From assembly GCA_000004985.1 (NCBI GenBank), contig GG738854.1: a stretch of DNA of 64,000 nucleotides; one strand, given 5' to 3'. Below, one piece after another: positions 46,409 to 57,764 of this stretch (within the stretch, counting starts at the first letter, position 1; each line of letters opens with the position of its first letter). The notes under the pieces were generated by a model. That model was not told where the DNA came from. It was given only the letters and a program-made list of their open reading frames with translations, and made no database searches. Source of the DNA: Naegleria gruberi (lineage: Eukaryota). The translations under genes and the position numbers were made by a program.

Positions 46409-47662
46409 ATGTCAACACAAGATGTTCTCTGTTATGCATTTACATTTCTCGATTATTCACACGTAGGAATCTTGTGTCTCGTCTGCAAGGAATGGAACAT
46501 GATTGCAAGCTCAAATCGATTATGGGAATTTTACTTTCATCTTTTATCCAACAATCGGAGTGGAAAAACAAAAGTACCAACAGAAACCATCACCAATAAT
46601 CCCAAATTCTGGAAACACAAAATACGAGACAATTTTACAAACTACACTTGCAGAACCTCAAAGAGAATTGATCCGAGAAGTTCTTTACCAAGTTTATTGA
46701 AAGGAAGTTTTCCAGACAATTTTTCATCACTCTATTCTAGAATGAATTTGAGAAAACCATTCAAATTAGTTAGTACTACTTGGGAAGAGGAATTTAACAC
46801 CAATCAGACTTATTACAAGATGAGTGTGAAAATTAGTGGAATTGATTCACCATTGATTGTGAGATGGAGTACGATTAGCAGTAATTTTGGACTTTTTGAA
46901 TATAACTATTCCAAGCTGTTTTATTATTATTTTGCAATGGAGAAGGATGACTTGTTGAATGAAAATGAGTTTTTTGTGAAGGAAATGAATAGTGCAGATT
47001 TTGAAAATTTGGGAAAGAGTAATAGAGCTTTCCTTTTCAAATTTAATGGAAAGGCTAATCCAGGAAGCGTCTATGGAAAGGAATATTTGGTAAGGGAGAT
47101 TCTTGATTATTTGGTTCCAACTGTGAATTCATACCAAATGTCACCAATGAACTTCATTCCATATTGGTGTTTCTTATTCGATTTGATTATGTATTCTAAT
47201 GATTATCATAAGGAACTTTACAAACACTATCCTGCCATGATTTCCCATCCATCCGTATACAAATTCTTCTACCTGAAATACCAACCAAGAGTTGTAACAA
47301 TTACAAAATCTGCTCTGAATCAATTTTCCACCTATAAACCAGGCAATGAAACTGAAACGAAGCTCTTCAAATCCATCACAGAAAACCATGTTGAATCCAT
47401 TAATTTCGAATCAGAAAATAGAGAGCAACTCATGACAGGCATTCAAGGTTTGTACAAAATAATTGTTTCACGTCCCTCAAAGTTTTTCCCTCCCTTACCA
47501 CTCGCAAAAACAATTCAATATGATGAGAAGGAGGAATTTGAAATTAAGGCAAGCTATTTGGCAAGTGTTTACAAAATGTGTAAATATATGGATGAACATA
47601 TGGATTGGTATTTGGGAAGTAAACTTAGAAAATCATATCAAATTGATCTGTCTAATAAATAA
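46409..47662 (+). CDS. F-box-like domain protein
   Basis: The N-terminus LCYAFTFLDYSHVGILCLVCKEWNMIASSNRLWEFYF fits the F-box pattern (L..a...L......l.l.VCK.W..l.....LW). The rest is unassigned. Confidence 0.4.
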   Translation: MSTQDVLCYAFTFLDYSHVGILCLVCKEWNMIASSNRLWEFYFHLLSNNRSGKTKVPTETITNNPKFWKHKIRDNFTNYTCRTSKRIDPRSSLPSLLKGSFPDNFSSLYSRMNLRKPFKLVSTTWEEEFNTNQTYYKMSVKISGIDSPLIVRWSTISSNFGLFEYNYSKLFYYYFAMEKDDLLNENEFFVKEMNSADFENLGKSNRAFLFKFNGKANPGSVYGKEYLVREILDYLVPTVNSYQMSPMNFIPYWCFLFDLIMYSNDYHKELYKHYPAMISHPSVYKFFYLKYQPRVVTITKSALNQFSTYKPGNETETKLFKSITENHVESINFESENREQLMTGIQGLYKIIVSRPSKFFPPLPLAKTIQYDEKEEFEIKASYLASVYKMCKYMDEHMDWYLGSKLRKSYQIDLSNK

Positions 47663-47787
47663 TTCCTTTGGGTGAAATCATGCAAGAAGAAGAAAATGAT
47701 AGTAATTGAATGTAATATTGCTTTTATTGCAAACTTGCTAATGTTCTCAGAATTTCCCTTCTCAAATATGTACATTATATTTTACAA

Positions 47788-49290
47788 TTAAAAGTCAACC
47801 TTCTTCTTCTTGAGCTTGTCAACCTTAATCTTATCAATTTTCATTTCACGTTGGAAAGCAAGCGATTGTTTGAATCTGTGATGAGTATCCATCATTACGA
47901 GACAAGTTTCCTTTTCCAAAATATTGAACATATCTTCTGGAAGAGTTTCAATTTGCTTATCATTGAACTTGTCAAGCTTATCCTTGACAGCATCAACCAA
48001 AACGTGAGAAATATTGACAGCCATATCACCTGTAACTTCCAAGAATTCAGTAAAGATTTCAAATGCAACTTCATACTTTTTAGCTTCAACTTCTGCGTAT
48101 TCCTTTTCAAGTGGTGATTCCTTCTTCTTCTTTGATGATTGAGCTGAATCTCCTGAAATATCACTTGAAATATCACTCAATACATTGTTATCACCGAATA
48201 ATCTCATTTGTAAATCCAAAGAACGTTCACACAAGGATCTAAAATATTGAATCTTTTCAAGTAAAAGATAATTTTCAACTGATTTTTCCTTTTCACAATG
48301 AATTTTGAAAAGAGCTCTCAAACCATCATCTTCCATTGTGTCCATCAACATGATTGCATTGGCACGACGAATCTTATCCAAATAAAGTGAATCACGATTG
48401 ATGGCATATGTGAAAACAAAGACAATGATTGGTAGAATGACGAATAGTGAAACTACAATGACAACTAACTGAACCAATGTAATTGCCAATACTTGAGTGT
48501 CCTTTTCCTTTTCCTTAGTTTGCACAAATGAAACCAATTGATCGAGACCTCCCTCAAAAGTTTTTAAAATTGTGTTATACGAATCTGAACTAATCTTTGC
48601 CTGAGCATCTGCCTTTTGATCCTGGAAAACCATAATCATAGTTTGTGAATTGAGTGAATCCAAAGTATTTGAAGCTTCAATCGAAGTTGAATTGAAAGTT
48701 TTTTGAATTGACGCATCGTCCAAATTTCTCAAAATTGTTTGTAAGAGAGTTTTCATTTCCTGTGTTGAATTCTTATAATTAAATTGATAACTATTGTACA
48801 TTGAAAGATCAGCAGCTGCTCCAACAAAGGTATATTTCAAAACTAGTGAATTTGAACTTTCGAATAATGAAGTGACCTTTCCCACAGCAATTAAAATATC
48901 AGTTGATTTCGAACTAGCAGTTATGAAAGCAGCAATTGCAACAGCTGCCAAAACAACCAAACCAACAACTGTCACCATCATTCCAAGTAAACAAGCTAAT
49001 TTCATTGAAGTCAACTCAACCACTCCACAACATGTTCGTAAAGTTATTTTACTTTGACTGAATGAACTTCCCGAACGACCACTTTCACTTGGGTTGACTA
49101 GATTCACCTGTGATTGTGTTACAGTTGGTTTTGTGGTGGTTGGTGAAGCAATAGTGACAACTTTCTTATTCGAAACTTGGGTGGAAATTTGGTTTGGTGG
49201 AAGGTTGAGGTGAGAACCGGAAGTGATTGGAGAGTGTGGTTTATCGCTGGGAGAACCTATCTGACTTGAAGTTGATGTTGTGTTATTCAT
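47788..49290 (-). CDS. Membrane-anchored RGS-domain protein
   Basis: Transmembrane segments are present (LACLLGMMVTVVGLVVLAAVAIAAFI and LAITLVQLVVIVVSLFVILPIIVFVF). The C-terminal region has an RGS-like ...FKIHCEKEKSVENYLLLEKIQYFRS ... AFEIFTEFLEVTGDMAVNIS arrangement. Confidence 0.45.
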   Translation of the reverse strand: MNNTTSTSSQIGSPSDKPHSPITSGSHLNLPPNQISTQVSNKKVVTIASPTTTKPTVTQSQVNLVNPSESGRSGSSFSQSKITLRTCCGVVELTSMKLACLLGMMVTVVGLVVLAAVAIAAFITASSKSTDILIAVGKVTSLFESSNSLVLKYTFVGAAADLSMYNSYQFNYKNSTQEMKTLLQTILRNLDDASIQKTFNSTSIEASNTLDSLNSQTMIMVFQDQKADAQAKISSDSYNTILKTFEGGLDQLVSFVQTKEKEKDTQVLAITLVQLVVIVVSLFVILPIIVFVFTYAINRDSLYLDKIRRANAIMLMDTMEDDGLRALFKIHCEKEKSVENYLLLEKIQYFRSLCERSLDLQMRLFGDNNVLSDISSDISGDSAQSSKKKKESPLEKEYAEVEAKKYEVAFEIFTEFLEVTGDMAVNISHVLVDAVKDKLDKFNDKQIETLPEDMFNILEKETCLVMMDTHHRFKQSLAFQREMKIDKIKVDKLKKKKVDF

Positions 49291-50290
49291 TTTCTTATTG
49301 TTGTTGTTGTTGTGATATCTTGAAGATTAGGATAATATTATTGGAAACTGAAGGATAACATTATGATAACAAGCACAATGCAATAGGGTTGCGTTATTTG
49401 TGCGATAAACAATGCAATTGCATTGCGCAGAAACACGAAACAATTTAAACATTATCAGTCTGAATACGAAACCTACCTATTCTTTGCCGGCAATTTATTC
49501 GAAACAAAATAATCTCTCAAGTGTTGTCTGTTTTTTTTCTGTGTGTATTTTGCATCTCTCTGAGATGTTGATATCTGTTCAAGTGAACATTTCTATGAAA
49601 ATACAAAAAGAAGCACTTGCCATTTTGGAGGCGGAAGAAAGCTGACGAAAGGAATTTTTTAGCTAGTCTGCATTTTAATTGTATAATTCTGTCTAAATGT
49701 TGAGTTGCTTGTCTTTGGGTTGTCTTTCTGTGTTGGTTTCTGATTTGATGTGCGAAATGTAGAGATATTTCGAATAGAGTAAGGTTGAGGGTTGCATCTA
49801 TTGAATTCGCGATGTTGCTTTTGAGATTTCTACATAATAGTATGGAATGGCCACATTGTAAATATGTAGAAATTTACAAAATTCACATTGAAGGAAGTTG
49901 TGACATTGAAGGAAGTGGGAGAAACGAAACTCCATTGCATTTTTGTTTAGTTTTGTTGAATCTTGGGTGAAAGGTTTGGTGTTTGTTTCCATTCCTTGCG
50001 CATCATAAAATGCAATATAGCAATTAGGAAGTGAAAGTTCAGATTTAATAACCGATTGAGCAGAATAATAGATACTGTCGTTTGGCAGTTCATATTTCTG
50101 AACAGAATGCTAGCCGTTCGATAGATGGAAAGTTGTGTTTCAATTTGAATGAGAGGCAAAGTGGAAAGGAATCTCATGGAAAGTAATGGAAGAACAACAA
50201 ATCATGGTTTTGGCAACTTGCTTTCAAACTGAAACACACTCGGCACCTCTTTTAACTGTTGTCTTAACTATGTTGTTTGAAATATTGGAT

Positions 50291-50380
50291 GGTGCGATGG
50301 TCGAGTGGTCTAAGACGACACGTTAAGGTATTCTAATACCGTGTTCCGCAAGGGCGTGGGTTCAAATCCCACTCGCATCA
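50291..50380 (+). tRNA. tRNA-Leu(AAG): tRNA-Leu (anticodon AAG), class II, with a 10-nt intron (50329-50338) 3' of position 37
   Basis: Folded by hand. The acceptor stem ggtgcga pairs with tcgcatc (one G-U) and the discriminator is A. The D-arm is gtc/gac with an 11-nt loop gagtggtctaa. The anticodon stem acacg pairs with cgtgt, and the loop is ttAAGg plus c once tattctaata is removed. A long variable arm and a T-arm gtggg-ttcaaat-cccac complete the fold. No encoded CCA. Confidence 0.8.
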
Positions 50381-50382
50381 AA

Positions 50383-50387
50383 TTTTT
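50383..50387 (+). terminator. Oligo-T Pol III terminator downstream of tRNA-Leu
   Basis: A TTTTT run lies 3 nt after the discriminator base. Confidence 0.4.
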
Positions 50388-50655
50388 GCTTCAACTGAGT
50401 TAATATGGTATTGTGAGAAGGAAAAATCTCTTTACTTTGAGAATGAAGACGGTTCCAGAAGATGAATTTCCTCACAGATGTTGACTTGTTCTGTTTTGCA
50501 AAATGGCACTGTGGCATGACTATTAGAAATCATCCATTTTTTTAAAGTTGACCAGTTAAATACCAAATAGATCAATAAAATCTGATTTCATTGACCTCAA
50601 TTCAATTAGGGAGGTGTTGAATAAATCAATTATTTAATATTAACGATGAGGAAGC

Positions 50656-51384
50656 TTAAATAATGGCAGCTGTTGCTGTAATTTCAATTCTCCATTCAGG
50701 TCTAGCCAATTGAGCTTGAACAGTAGCTCTTGGTGGAGTATTACCTTTTGGAACCCAAGCATCCCATACCTTATTCATTCCAGCAAAATCCTCAACCATA
50801 TTAGCCAAGAAAATTTGAACCATCAATAATTTTGTCTTGTCAGTTCCTGCCTCCTTAAGACGAGCATCAAGCATTGCCAAAACTTCCTCAGTTTGTCCTT
50901 CAATATCCTTAGTTCCATCATCTGGTACTTGTCCTGAAATGTACAAAACTCCCTGATAAGCAGCAGTCTCACTAAAACGTTCTCCAACATGGAATCTCAC
51001 CAAACCATTATTCTCAATTCCTGAACGAGTTTGAGCTTGCAATTGTACCTTAATTTTAGCATCAACTTGTGAATCAATTTCCATCAATGTAACAGCAGGT
51101 AATTGATTTCCAAAAACTCTTCTCAAAACTGAAAAACAACTTGTAAAATCCTCATCCACATTTCTAAATTGGAGGGTGAGTCTTTCAACATCTCGGAGTG
51201 ATGCGGAGGCAACAATTTGCTTGATGGATTGTTCCGCATTGGTTAAACATTGTTCAAATTGTTCGATCAGATTTTGTTCTTGTTGTTGTGGAGTGCTGTT
51301 TGTGATTGGAACGAAAATTGCTCCATTTTCTTCTATGATGGCTTTTTGCATTTTTTTTAACTTTGACTTTTCAAAATATTTCAT
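50656..51384 (-). CDS. RidA/YjgF/YER057c (reactive enamine/imine deaminase) domain protein with a ~120-aa N-terminal extension; intronless
   Basis: The C-terminal 125 aa read AAYQGVLYISGQVP...EGQTEEVLAMLDARLKEAGTDKTKLLMVQIFLANMVEDFAGMNKVWDAWVPKGNTPPRATVQAQLARPEWRIEITATAAI, which matches the RidA family pattern. The N-terminal half is Q/E-rich with no assignable domain. Confidence 0.6.
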   Translation of the reverse strand: MKYFEKSKLKKMQKAIIEENGAIFVPITNSTPQQQEQNLIEQFEQCLTNAEQSIKQIVASASLRDVERLTLQFRNVDEDFTSCFSVLRRVFGNQLPAVTLMEIDSQVDAKIKVQLQAQTRSGIENNGLVRFHVGERFSETAAYQGVLYISGQVPDDGTKDIEGQTEEVLAMLDARLKEAGTDKTKLLMVQIFLANMVEDFAGMNKVWDAWVPKGNTPPRATVQAQLARPEWRIEITATAAII

Positions 51385-51635
51385 AATTTACAAAAACTGT
51401 TACATGGAATAGGTACACGGTGATAATTATTTGAATTGAATAAACTCTCAATATTTATTCGATTTAATTCTTTCAAAGTTCCAAAAATTTAGAATTGGTT
51501 GTTCTCGATATTTTGATGAACATTTAATCATGCGTCTTGTTAAATTCCTCGATTAATTTCCAATCGAATATCTTACATTGCTGAAATACAATATTGACAG
51601 TGATTCCACTATTCACATAACATATCCAAATAATC

Positions 51636-53842
51636 TCAAAAGTCCTGAGAAAGCCTTAAGAGCATTTCTTGACAAACTTTTTCAGGTAATTTGTAAATTC
51701 TATTGGTGTGATCCCTGAAAAGTTGTTTTCTGTTGGTAATGCTAAACTTGACAATCTCTCTCAAAAATTGCTCAAATGATTGTAAATCAAGATATTTTTC
51801 ACATGCTTCAAGTATTGTAAAGTAATTATCAATGGATAGATTAAAGTTATTCTTGCAATAATCGACCAGATATTGAATTTCATGTTTCATTGCCATATCA
51901 AGTAATCCAATAATTTTAACATCATCAATTTTGTCAGTTGAAATTCCATAACAATATTTGATCACAATTTCCAATAATTCCAAATCTTCTGATTCGTCAG
52001 GTGTGAATATTCCATCATCACTCAAATCACTGAAACAAGATCCACTGTCAAATAATGCATTAAACAATGTGCTAAATGAAGTCAATATAGTTTTGTGACA
52101 ATATAAGTATTTGTCTTGTCCCATTTTGATTTTCACATCACTTGTTTTCTTGTCATTATATAATGATTCAATTATTTGTGGCTCAGTTTCAATTGTTTCC
52201 TCAATATTAATTGCAGTTGGTTGAGTAATGATCATTTTTGAAAAAATGGCAGTAGCATTTCTCATAATTATTGGAAGAGTTGGTAATAAAGTGTTTCCTT
52301 TTTTGGTCCTCATTTGAACAACAGCATATTCAATACAATAGTTATTCAAATGATCAAGAATGTAATTTTGAACATTGAATTCCTCATTGCAAATTTTGAG
52401 TAAATTTTCAATTGTTTCCCATTTGAAAGTAAGATTTTCTAATGTGAGTGAGTTCACAAATTCACTTGTCAATGATCTTTTCAAATCAATAAATTCACCA
52501 TTCTTAAATAAACCCAAAATGAATAAAACATCCAAGATTTCTTCTTTGCTAAACTTTACCTTATTCTTATCATACATCAAAGAATCAATTAATTTTTGAA
52601 TAATTTCTTGTGATGAACTCATCAAACAAAGTAACTTTTCATTCTTCAAAATGTTACTAAATTTTGGTGAAGTTTTTTCAATGAGGGGAATGAATCCATA
52701 AATTGGCAATCCAAATAATTCATCTCTTGAATGTTTTTTCAAATTATGAAATTCTATTTTAGAATGTAAGTTACCATTTCCAGTTAATAACTTATTTCCA
52801 ATATGAGGATACGTTCTAATATCAAAAGGTGAATCACCACTGAATCCAGCAGTTCCATTTCCAGCAATTGTTATAATATTTCCATTTTCTAATATTTTTC
52901 TAATTCTATTATTATAATAATCAGCAATATAAACTTCATTATTTGATGAAACAAAAACACTAAAAGGATGATTCAGTCGTGCATTTGTTGCAAGACCATT
53001 ATCACCATTGAATCCATGAATTCCATTTCCAGCAATTGTTATAATATTTCCATTTTCTAATATTTTTCTAATTCTATTATTAAAATAATCAGCAATATAA
53101 ACTTCATTATTTGATGAAACAAAAACACTATAAGGAGATTCAGTCGTGCATTTGTTGCAAGACCATTATCACCATTGAATCCATGAGTTCCATTTCCAGC
53201 AATTGTTATAATATTTCCATTTTCTAATATTTTTCTAATTCTATTATTAAAATAATCAGCAATATAAACTTCATTATTTGATGAAACAAAAACACTATAG
53301 GATGAATTCAGTTGTGCATTTGTTGCAAGACCATTATCACCACTGAATCCATGAATTCCATTTCCAGCAATTGTTACAATATTTCCATTTTCTAATATTT
53401 TTCTAATTCTATGATTACCTTGATCAGCAATATAAACTTCATTATTTGATGAAACAAAAACACTGCAAGGAGTATACAGTTGTGCATTTGTTGCAAGACC
53501 ATTATCACCACTGAATCCATGAATTCCATTTCCAGCAATTGTTATAATATTTCCATTTTCTAATATTTTTCTAATTCTATTATTACCTTGATCAGCAATA
53601 TAAACTTCATTATTTGATGAAACAAAAACACTGTAAGGACGATTCAGTTGTGCATTTGTTGCAAGACCATTATCACCACTGGAACCCTTAGTTCCATTTC
53701 CAGCAATTGTTACAATAGTTCCATTTTCCAATATTTTTCTAATTCTATTATTAAAACAATCAGCAATATAAACTTCATTATTTGATGAAACAAAAACATT
53801 ATTAGGTCGATTCAGTTGTGCACTGGTAGCAAGCGAAGACAT
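51636..53842 (-). CDS. NHL-repeat plus BTB/POZ family protein, copy C (inverted relative to copies A and B); one frameshift near 53127
   Basis: Start MSSLATSAQLNRPNNV, then six NHL units. The frame is lost at aatc-tcctta, where the other repeats have aatcatcctta. The reading then continues into an intact linker and BTB domain (DVKIKMGQDKYLYCHKTILTSFSTLFNALFDSG) ending at 51636. Confidence 0.5.
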
Positions 53843-54130
53843 TTTTTTAATTGTAATCCGAACGGAAACAACAAAATTCAAAGGATGAAAGGTGAATTTG
53901 TTGATACTTCATTCAACAGGAAGCAAAGGATGAGCAATAGACCCTAAGAAGAAAGCAACCAACATATGATGAGGAACATGGCAAGAAACTGAAAATATTG
54001 CCTGAATATTGGTCATTCACTCCGATACTTTACCTGACTTCAAAGCAACAGAGGAAATGCTATGATGAAGCGTATTACTCAAGATGAAGAATACACTGTA
54101 AATCCTACTTTGCTGAGAGTGGTGAAGCAT
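53843..54130. promoter_or_regulatory. Upstream region of copy C, homologous (inverted, ~80%) to the upstream region of copies A and B
   Basis: The reverse complement begins ggtaaagtatcggagtgaatga..., as at 25496-25517, and shares conserved blocks up to the ATG. Confidence 0.3.
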
Positions 54131-54508
54131 CGTTCTTGAATCATTTTTTTAAGGAGTGTTTTAAAAATATATTTATCTAAAAGGAGCCACGTGACCTTAA
54201 CTTTAAAGTTTGATAAGCTGCTAACTAGCAGACAACATGACGATAAGTCTGGTACTGGCGGAAGAGTGAGGGAACAACATTTAGTGCTAATCATAATTTT
54301 CATGAGCATCTCAATGGCACTAGTACAGAAAAATCTGAATTTTCAAAAGCTAACTTCCTATATGCTGCAGTTTAGCAGTGGCTTTCAATCCTCGCTAGAT
54401 ATATATTGCCATTCCTGATGTGACTTTCAATTAATAAATTTCAATGTGCTCATTGAGTCACTTTGAATTAAGGTGTTGTTTTATTTTTAAAAAAAAATTT
54501 TAAAAAAA

Positions 54509-55102
54509 ATGCACAATTTGTTTAAACCTAACGAACAGTTTTCTGAGGAAGAGTTTAAGAGAAAGGCGTTATCGGGTCAATTTAAGGTATTGTCTGATTT
54601 CAATTCCGCAACCATTCTAAAAGAAAATCAAGAATTGGGATTACTAACTACTGAACAACAAGCTCCTCCTACCATAGAATTTCTTAAACTCGAGAAAAGT
54701 TGGTTACAGGCTAAAGAGTTGGCAACGAAACTCCTGAATGAAAATCAAGATCTTAAAACGTTTATTGAAACTCAAGAGAATGACTTTTATGAGATATCCG
54801 AAAAGAGAGAAAACGAAGTTGAAATTCTTCAAAACAAATATTCCGAAGCCTGTGAATTGAATCAAAAATACCAGCTTACACTTGAAGGTATCGTTAAAGA
54901 TGTTAAAGCCATCCAAAAGGAAAGCAATGAGCTCAAAATCCGTATTACTGCTGTTGAAAAGGAGAATCAAGACTTCAAGAAGGAAAATCAAGACCTCAAA
55001 ACCCGTATTACTGATGTTGAGAAGGAGAACGAAGGCTTTAAAATCCGTATTACTAATGTTGAACAAGAATTGCAACTTATGCAAATTCTTAATGCCTTAT
55101 AA
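54509..55102 (+). CDS. Coiled-coil protein with tandem ~21-aa repeats (ENQDLKTRITDVEKEN-like)
   Basis: Heptad-rich translation. The DNA carries 2.5 near-identical ~63-bp units at ~54890-55075. The ORF at 55112-55393 may be a downstream exon. Confidence 0.35.
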   Translation: MHNLFKPNEQFSEEEFKRKALSGQFKVLSDFNSATILKENQELGLLTTEQQAPPTIEFLKLEKSWLQAKELATKLLNENQDLKTFIETQENDFYEISEKRENEVEILQNKYSEACELNQKYQLTLEGIVKDVKAIQKESNELKIRITAVEKENQDFKKENQDLKTRITDVEKENEGFKIRITNVEQELQLMQILNAL

Positions 55103-55833
55103 TGCTCCTTTATGTTGTTTACTGAAAAGTATTTACAAGAAAAAACTGGAAGTTGGTGGGAAAAAATGGATAATTACATCAACCTTACTAATCCACAAGT
55201 TCTTACTGTTGGGTTATCTTTCTCTGATATCAAAACACTTTGGCAATTCTATACCAACAATTACCCTCAAAGGAATAAGATTGCACACACTGCAACAAAA
55301 ACAATATCTTTATTTAATGATATATTAAACAAGCTCATTGAAGAATTCCTAAACTGGGCAGAGCAACATGATCCTTTTATTCACACTAAGTGAGTTCACA
55401 GACTACTACTCTCAACACTTCAAGATGATTCAAATGGTCAGACTGCAACTGCACATGAAATAAATATGAATTGATATTTTAATAGCAGATATATGAATGG
55501 TAAAATTACCAGCTCTATTGAGTGAGTTGGTCTGTATCTATGGTTAAGGGATTGAGCGATGATCAATGATCTTTGATACAGAAAGAGTCTTAACAATGAT
55601 TGAGAAAAAATTTCCAAACCCTCTGATTCGTCAAATATGAATAATTCACCAATCAAAATATTGAATTCCTCCATTCAAATTTTTAGTAACTTATCTATTG
55701 CTTCCCATGTGAGTTGTTCTAAATTTGCTCAATTTGAATGATTGTAAGAATGATTGAAATGCGCTCATTCATCTTCTGAATAGTATTAAAAGATAAAAAC
55801 TCTATGATGTTGGTTCGTACCCGTAATCAATTA

Positions 55834-57429
55834 CTAATAAAGAGTTGTTTCTTTGAAATATCTGAATCGTCCAATGAACATGACTCCACATAATAGTAAT
55901 TTAGAAAATGAATTGAAATGTGAACACAGACTTAATTTGCTATTCGAAAGTCCAATAGAAAAACCAGTGTTTGATAACGCACTTGTCACTTCGAATGTAA
56001 TTTCAAATATTAAAGTTGAATAATTGGAAAGTTGAGAAATTTCAGAAATGGAAATTAAAAGTGTAAAGAAAACTAAAGTTAATGATTGAGTTGAAATAGA
56101 ATAGAATATAGTAGAGATTAATTTTGAGAAGAAACTGGATGAAATGTTATAGAAACTTGCATGGTAAGGCTCATTAGATGATATTTCAAGTGATTTTGCA
56201 TCTTGATTTCTGCCAGTTTCGCCCATGGTTGAGTAATTGGAGAAATTCAACATTTCATAAACTCTACACCCCAAATTATAAACCATTTTCGGTTTGATAT
56301 ACATTAGAAATATGTAAAACACCAAAGTTATATTCGAAAGTGATGATAAATCCATTAAGGAAATGCCTGCATTTCTAGCAGAAATTGGAAGAAACAAACT
56401 AATTACAACATTTTCAATTCCTCCTCCATTTTCACTATTTTTCATAGCCAATAATTGAACAGATTCATTCCAGTAGGTAAAAACGAAACCTATCAGAATC
56501 AATAATACATTAGAAACTCCATAAATCCAAGTCTGATATTCCTGATGAGCCATTAATGGACTCATTTGATGACAATTCTCCAAAATATACTTGAAAAGTT
56601 TCTTTCGTTTTGTTGAAATTCTCCAGAAAATCCAAAATATAAATTTCAAAGTTATTGGAAGAAAAACATGTCCCATTAAGATTAATAAGGAAATTGTGGA
56701 AAAGATGATTGGATTGGTAAAGTTTTCAAGGCCTTCATCGAGGAGAGTTGTTCCACAGTTGAGGAATGCAGAGGTGGAAATGAAGAGTCCTAACCAGAAG
56801 GGATTGTTTCCTTTCAGATAAAAGTTATTGGAAAGGTGGAATGAAATACCTAAAATTAAGAAACCCAACAATATAGAAAGAATAAAGAAAGAGTAAATTA
56901 TGATATTTGTCCAAATGATGCTGTAGAATTCAATTTCACTCTCCTGATAATAATCATATTCTTGTTGTAAAGGTTTCTTACAAAGTGACGAAACCCTTCT
57001 TCCAAATCTATTGAACAGTCCTTCGGAAGCAACTCCTGAGAGTTCATCCTCCAATATTTCATCGTCCATACTTTCTTCTTGAAGTACTTTCCTAATCATT
57101 TCATTTCTTGTATTGTAAACTTTACAAATTGTAATCGGAATCATTGTTACGAAAATGGATCCAGTCAACATGGCCAATAACAAACAAATCTGTGAAGATA
57201 CTCGTATATTTTCCAATGAATGATTCAAAAATCCTGTCAGACATATATTCGTTATAGAAATAAACAATGAATCCAGAAATGAAAATTTAGTTTTCACATT
57301 CGAAAGTTCTAAACAATAAAATACAATTCCATATAAAAATCCGCTCACAATCAAGATCAATACATGTATGTATATCGAATATCTACCTAACATACTCTGT
57401 ATCGACATTTTCTTTGTGTTTAATCTCAA
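55834..57429 (-). CDS. Trk/Ktr/HKT-family cation (K+/Na+) transporter; intronless
   Basis: Four pore-loop-like segments carry the conserved glycine filter positions: FLDSLFISITNICLTGF, FLNCGTTLLDEG, a third segment, and SALSNTGFSIGLS. Hydrophobic M1-P-M2 units alternate, matching the superfamily pattern (sAvTvTGL / NaGF / sAfttvGlStG). Confidence 0.6.
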   Translation of the reverse strand: MRLNTKKMSIQSMLGRYSIYIHVLILIVSGFLYGIVFYCLELSNVKTKFSFLDSLFISITNICLTGFLNHSLENIRVSSQICLLLAMLTGSIFVTMIPITICKVYNTRNEMIRKVLQEESMDDEILEDELSGVASEGLFNRFGRRVSSLCKKPLQQEYDYYQESEIEFYSIIWTNIIIYSFFILSILLGFLILGISFHLSNNFYLKGNNPFWLGLFISTSAFLNCGTTLLDEGLENFTNPIIFSTISLLILMGHVFLPITLKFIFWIFWRISTKRKKLFKYILENCHQMSPLMAHQEYQTWIYGVSNVLLILIGFVFTYWNESVQLLAMKNSENGGGIENVVISLFLPISARNAGISLMDLSSLSNITLVFYIFLMYIKPKMVYNLGCRVYEMLNFSNYSTMGETGRNQDAKSLEISSNEPYHASFYNISSSFFSKLISTIFYSISTQSLTLVFFTLLISISEISQLSNYSTLIFEITFEVTSALSNTGFSIGLSNSKLSLCSHFNSFSKLLLCGVMFIGRFRYFKETTLY

Positions 57430-57764
57430 GTTTTCTTCTCAGATATTTAAAAGATTTTCTTTCAATAGATTTTTTCCAACCTTTCCTTATTTATAACCTA
57501 ATACTCAACAAGTGAAGATGAAAAAGTATGTCTTATATCAGACATCTTATTATTTTCCTTTCAAAATACCTTTGCATTCGAAGAAAAATTATATGTTTAT
57601 TCAATGAGTTCCTGAGATATTAAAAGCACTTGAAATTTTGGTCATCATCTGTTTATTACAAAGTGATTTATTTCAATTGCTTGTTTATTGTCTCTATGGA
57701 ATTCCTTGATTGCAGTCCAATTGCGATTTCAAGTTTAGTTTGTGAATTAGTTTTGTAATATAAT

